From Octopus vulgaris (taxonomy: Eukaryota), in NCBI GenBank assembly GCA_951406725.2, contig OX597835.1, positions 24,676,001 to 24,740,000 on the forward strand: 64,000 nucleotides of DNA. Reading direction: 5' to 3'. Made by a program: the position numbers and the translations under genes. This document shows, one piece after another, positions 61,327-64,000 of this stretch (its first letter is position 1; every line of letters starts with the position of its first letter). The notes under the pieces are model-generated. The model worked only from the letters and a program-made list of their open reading frames with translations. It was not told where the DNA came from and did no database searches.

Positions 61327-61735
61327 AGCTAACTGCCGAACACGAGAAGGAGACGGGGAATGGAAAAGAATGGAAAACAAGAGGAAGTGGAACAAGGAGA
61401 TAAATCTGTGTTGATGCCTGGATTCTTCGGTAGGTAAGGCTTTGAGTGATAAAAAAAATCTTAAATAAAATCAAAATGAAAGAAAAGAGACGTCGAAATT
61501 AGATAAATAGCAAATATGAAAGTTAAGCAGAATTTCAAGGCAGAGCGGAAGAAACAATTTACTTTGGGCAAGCGGCCATATTTGGCGGAAGTTTAACTAA
61601 AGCAGATGGCAGAGTAAAAAAATCATACAAACGCTTTATTTATATTCATGTATGCGTATGTACATACATACATGCATACATACATACATACACACATACA
61701 TAGACACACATACATACATACACAAATACACACAC

Positions 61736-61766
<31 letters not shown>

Positions 61767-62370
61767 CATACGATCGTACGTATATATATGTTCGCATATG
61801 TCTGTATGTCTTTCTCCCTCTCCCTTTACATACATACATATATACATACATACATACATACATACATACATACATACATACATCACATACATACATTCAT
61901 ACTTACATATATACATTCATACATACATACCTATATACATACATACATACATATATAAACACACGCGATTTCCTTTCCACCAACAATAAATAAACGAATG
62001 AATATAAGAATTAAGATAGAGACAAAACGTTTTCATTTTCTTTTTCCTTTCTTCAAAAGAAGAAAAAAAACGTGTTAAACCTGTTGATGTAAAGAACAAC
62101 AAGGTGATAATGCTAAGATGGCGGAAAATAGGAACATAAGAAGAAGAATTAGAGATAAAGAGAGGAAGGTTTATAGGATTAAGATAATAAATTAATTGGT
62201 TAATAAAGAAGTCAAAACATGTTTTAAATTCGAAAGAAAAGCGAAAAGTGTTTTAGTTGTATGTTTACCTTGAGTTGTTGTTGTAGCGATTTCTCTTGTA
62301 GTTGTTGTTAGCTTTGTTGTTATTCCTGTTCATGTTGTTTTTGTTGTTGTTGTTGTTGATGTTTTACTTT

Positions 62371-62770
62371 AGCCTAGTCGGTATGGTGCTGCGCAAGGCG
62401 GCGAGCTGGTAGAGACGTTAGCACCCCGGGCAAAATACTTTGTGGTATTTCGTCCGCCGCTGCGACTTGAGTTCAAATTCCGCCTAGGTCAACTTTGCCT
62501 TTCATCCTTTCGGGGTCGATAAATAAAGTACCAGTGACGCATTGGGGTCGATGTAATCGACTTAATCCGTTTGTCTGTACTTGTTTGTCCCCTCTATGTT
62601 TAGCCCCTTAAGGGCAATAAAGAAATAGGTATGGTGCTGCGCAGACAATCATAAGGCCGAGTGTTGGATTCCTGGGCAGGGTCGCGCGTTGTGTTTCCTT
62701 GAGCAAGACACTCCATCTCACTGACGCATTTCTACCCAGTCCACCCTGCTGAAAGTGAGTACGAGACCCA
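62371..62770 (+). mobile_element. Family B SINE (62396-62627, 16-bp TSD) nested in the head of a family C SINE
   Basis: TSD GGTATGGTGCTGCGCA at 62380-62395 and 62628-62643; family C core ttgtgtttccttgagcaagacac follows. Confidence 0.88.
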
Positions 62771-63087
62771 GTGCTGGTGCATGACCGTCTCTCCCTCCAT
62801 GGAATGATAATATTGGGTTTACGGCTGTTTCGACGCTGGTGGTTTAACACGATTGGTTGGAAATTAAGTGTGCTTTGGCCACAGTCCTTTTTTGTTACTG
62901 GGGGCAAACAAACACACACACAGGTGCGCACACACCCACGTGCATGCAGAGGTTTACACATACAGATAGGATTAGGGATTGAATGAGGTGGAGGAGGGAG
63001 AGACATAGCAATTTATTAAATGGATGCGATTAACAAAAACACTTTCCATGTCCTCAGAAACATAAAAAGAAATATGTTCACACACAT

Positions 63088-63092
<5 letters not shown>

Positions 63093-63148
<56 letters not shown>

Positions 63149-63242
63149 AAGAGGAAGAAAGAAAAAGAGACAAAGAAAAGAACAAAGATACAGAAACAGA
63201 GAGAAAAAATAAAGGAAGAAAGAAAGAAAAAATAAATAAAGT

Positions 63243-63278
<36 letters not shown>

Positions 63279-63386
63279 AAGAAAGTAAAAATAAATAAAG
63301 AAAGAAAGAAACAAAGAAACAAAGAAACAAAGAGAAAGGAAGAAACAAAGATACAGAGAGAAATGGAGAGAAAGAGAAAGAGAAAC
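63093..63386. repeat. (GA)n/(GAAA)n polypurine tract
   Basis: Directly visible. Confidence 0.95.
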
Positions 63387-63533
63387 ATTAAAGGAGATCC
63401 CAGGTCAACTCTGATCCTCTAAACCCATGATCAAAGAGATCCTGACTGAAGCCGTCAGACTTTTTATCCAAATATAGTGCCCTTGTTTTTTTTAAGACTC
63501 TGATCTATTCATATAAATAATATAAATCTAAAA

Positions 63534-63923
63534 GGAGGCGCAATGGCCCAGTGGTTAGGGCAGCGGACTCGCGGTCATAGGATCGCGGTTTCGATTCCCA
63601 GACCGGGCGTTGTGAGTGTTTATTGAGCGAAAACACTTTAAGCTCCACGAGTCTCCGGCAGGGGATGGTGGTGATCCCTGCTGTACTCTTTCACCACAAC
63701 TTTCTCTCACTCTTACTTCTTGTTTCTGTTGTACCTGTATTTCAAGTGGCCGGCCTTGTCACTCTCTGTGTCACGCTGAATATCCCCGAGAACTACGTTA
63801 AGGGTGCACATCTCTGTGGAGTGCTCAGCCACTTACACGTTAATTTCACGAGCAGGCTGTTCCATTGATTCGGATCAACCGGAACCCTCATCGTCGCAAC
63901 CGACGGAGTGCTTCCATCCATCC
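63534..63923 (+). mobile_element. Intact-looking tRNA-derived SINE (family E) with (TCCA)n tail and 12-bp TSD
   Basis: A box tggcccagtggt, B box ggtttcgattcc, ACTCG anticodon-loop-like segment (Arg-TCG-like, inferred); TSD ATAAATCTAAAA at 63522-63533 and 63924-63935. Confidence 0.92.
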
Positions 63924-64000
63924 ATAAATCTAAAACTATTTAACTGTAGTGCTATGCTGCCGGTCTTAAGACTCTAATCTATTCATATAAGTAATATAAA

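Noticed and set aside
63534-63610. tRNA gene
   Set aside because: No proper acceptor stem; continues into a SINE body with tail and TSD.

Overview
Animal nuclear DNA, almost entirely repeats. The SINE families and the extreme (TA)n/(CA)n/(CATA)n/(ATT)n load look like an octopus (coleoid cephalopod) genome; this is from recall, not a search. I recognise no host protein-coding exon, and nearly all ORFs in the track are microsatellite artefacts, so the window is probably intronic or intergenic. It holds several tRNA-headed SINE families (my labels A, B, C, E), decayed mariner and maT-like transposase relics, RTE and R4/Dong LINE fragments, a Penelope GIY-YIG fragment, non-autonomous Helitrons, a Merlin-like MITE with an 8-bp TSD, and other foldback elements. 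The most interesting signal is a set of short elements sitting at (TA)n tracts that carry minimal hammerhead-ribozyme cores with co-varying stems (Penelope-type pseudo-LTRs), some in nested inverted repeats. Other highlights: SINE multimers that appear to insert into themselves, an (AAT)n-embedded non-coding element next to R4/Dong ends, and a 3.9-kb binary CA/TA array with a strict grammar that begins inside a SINE.
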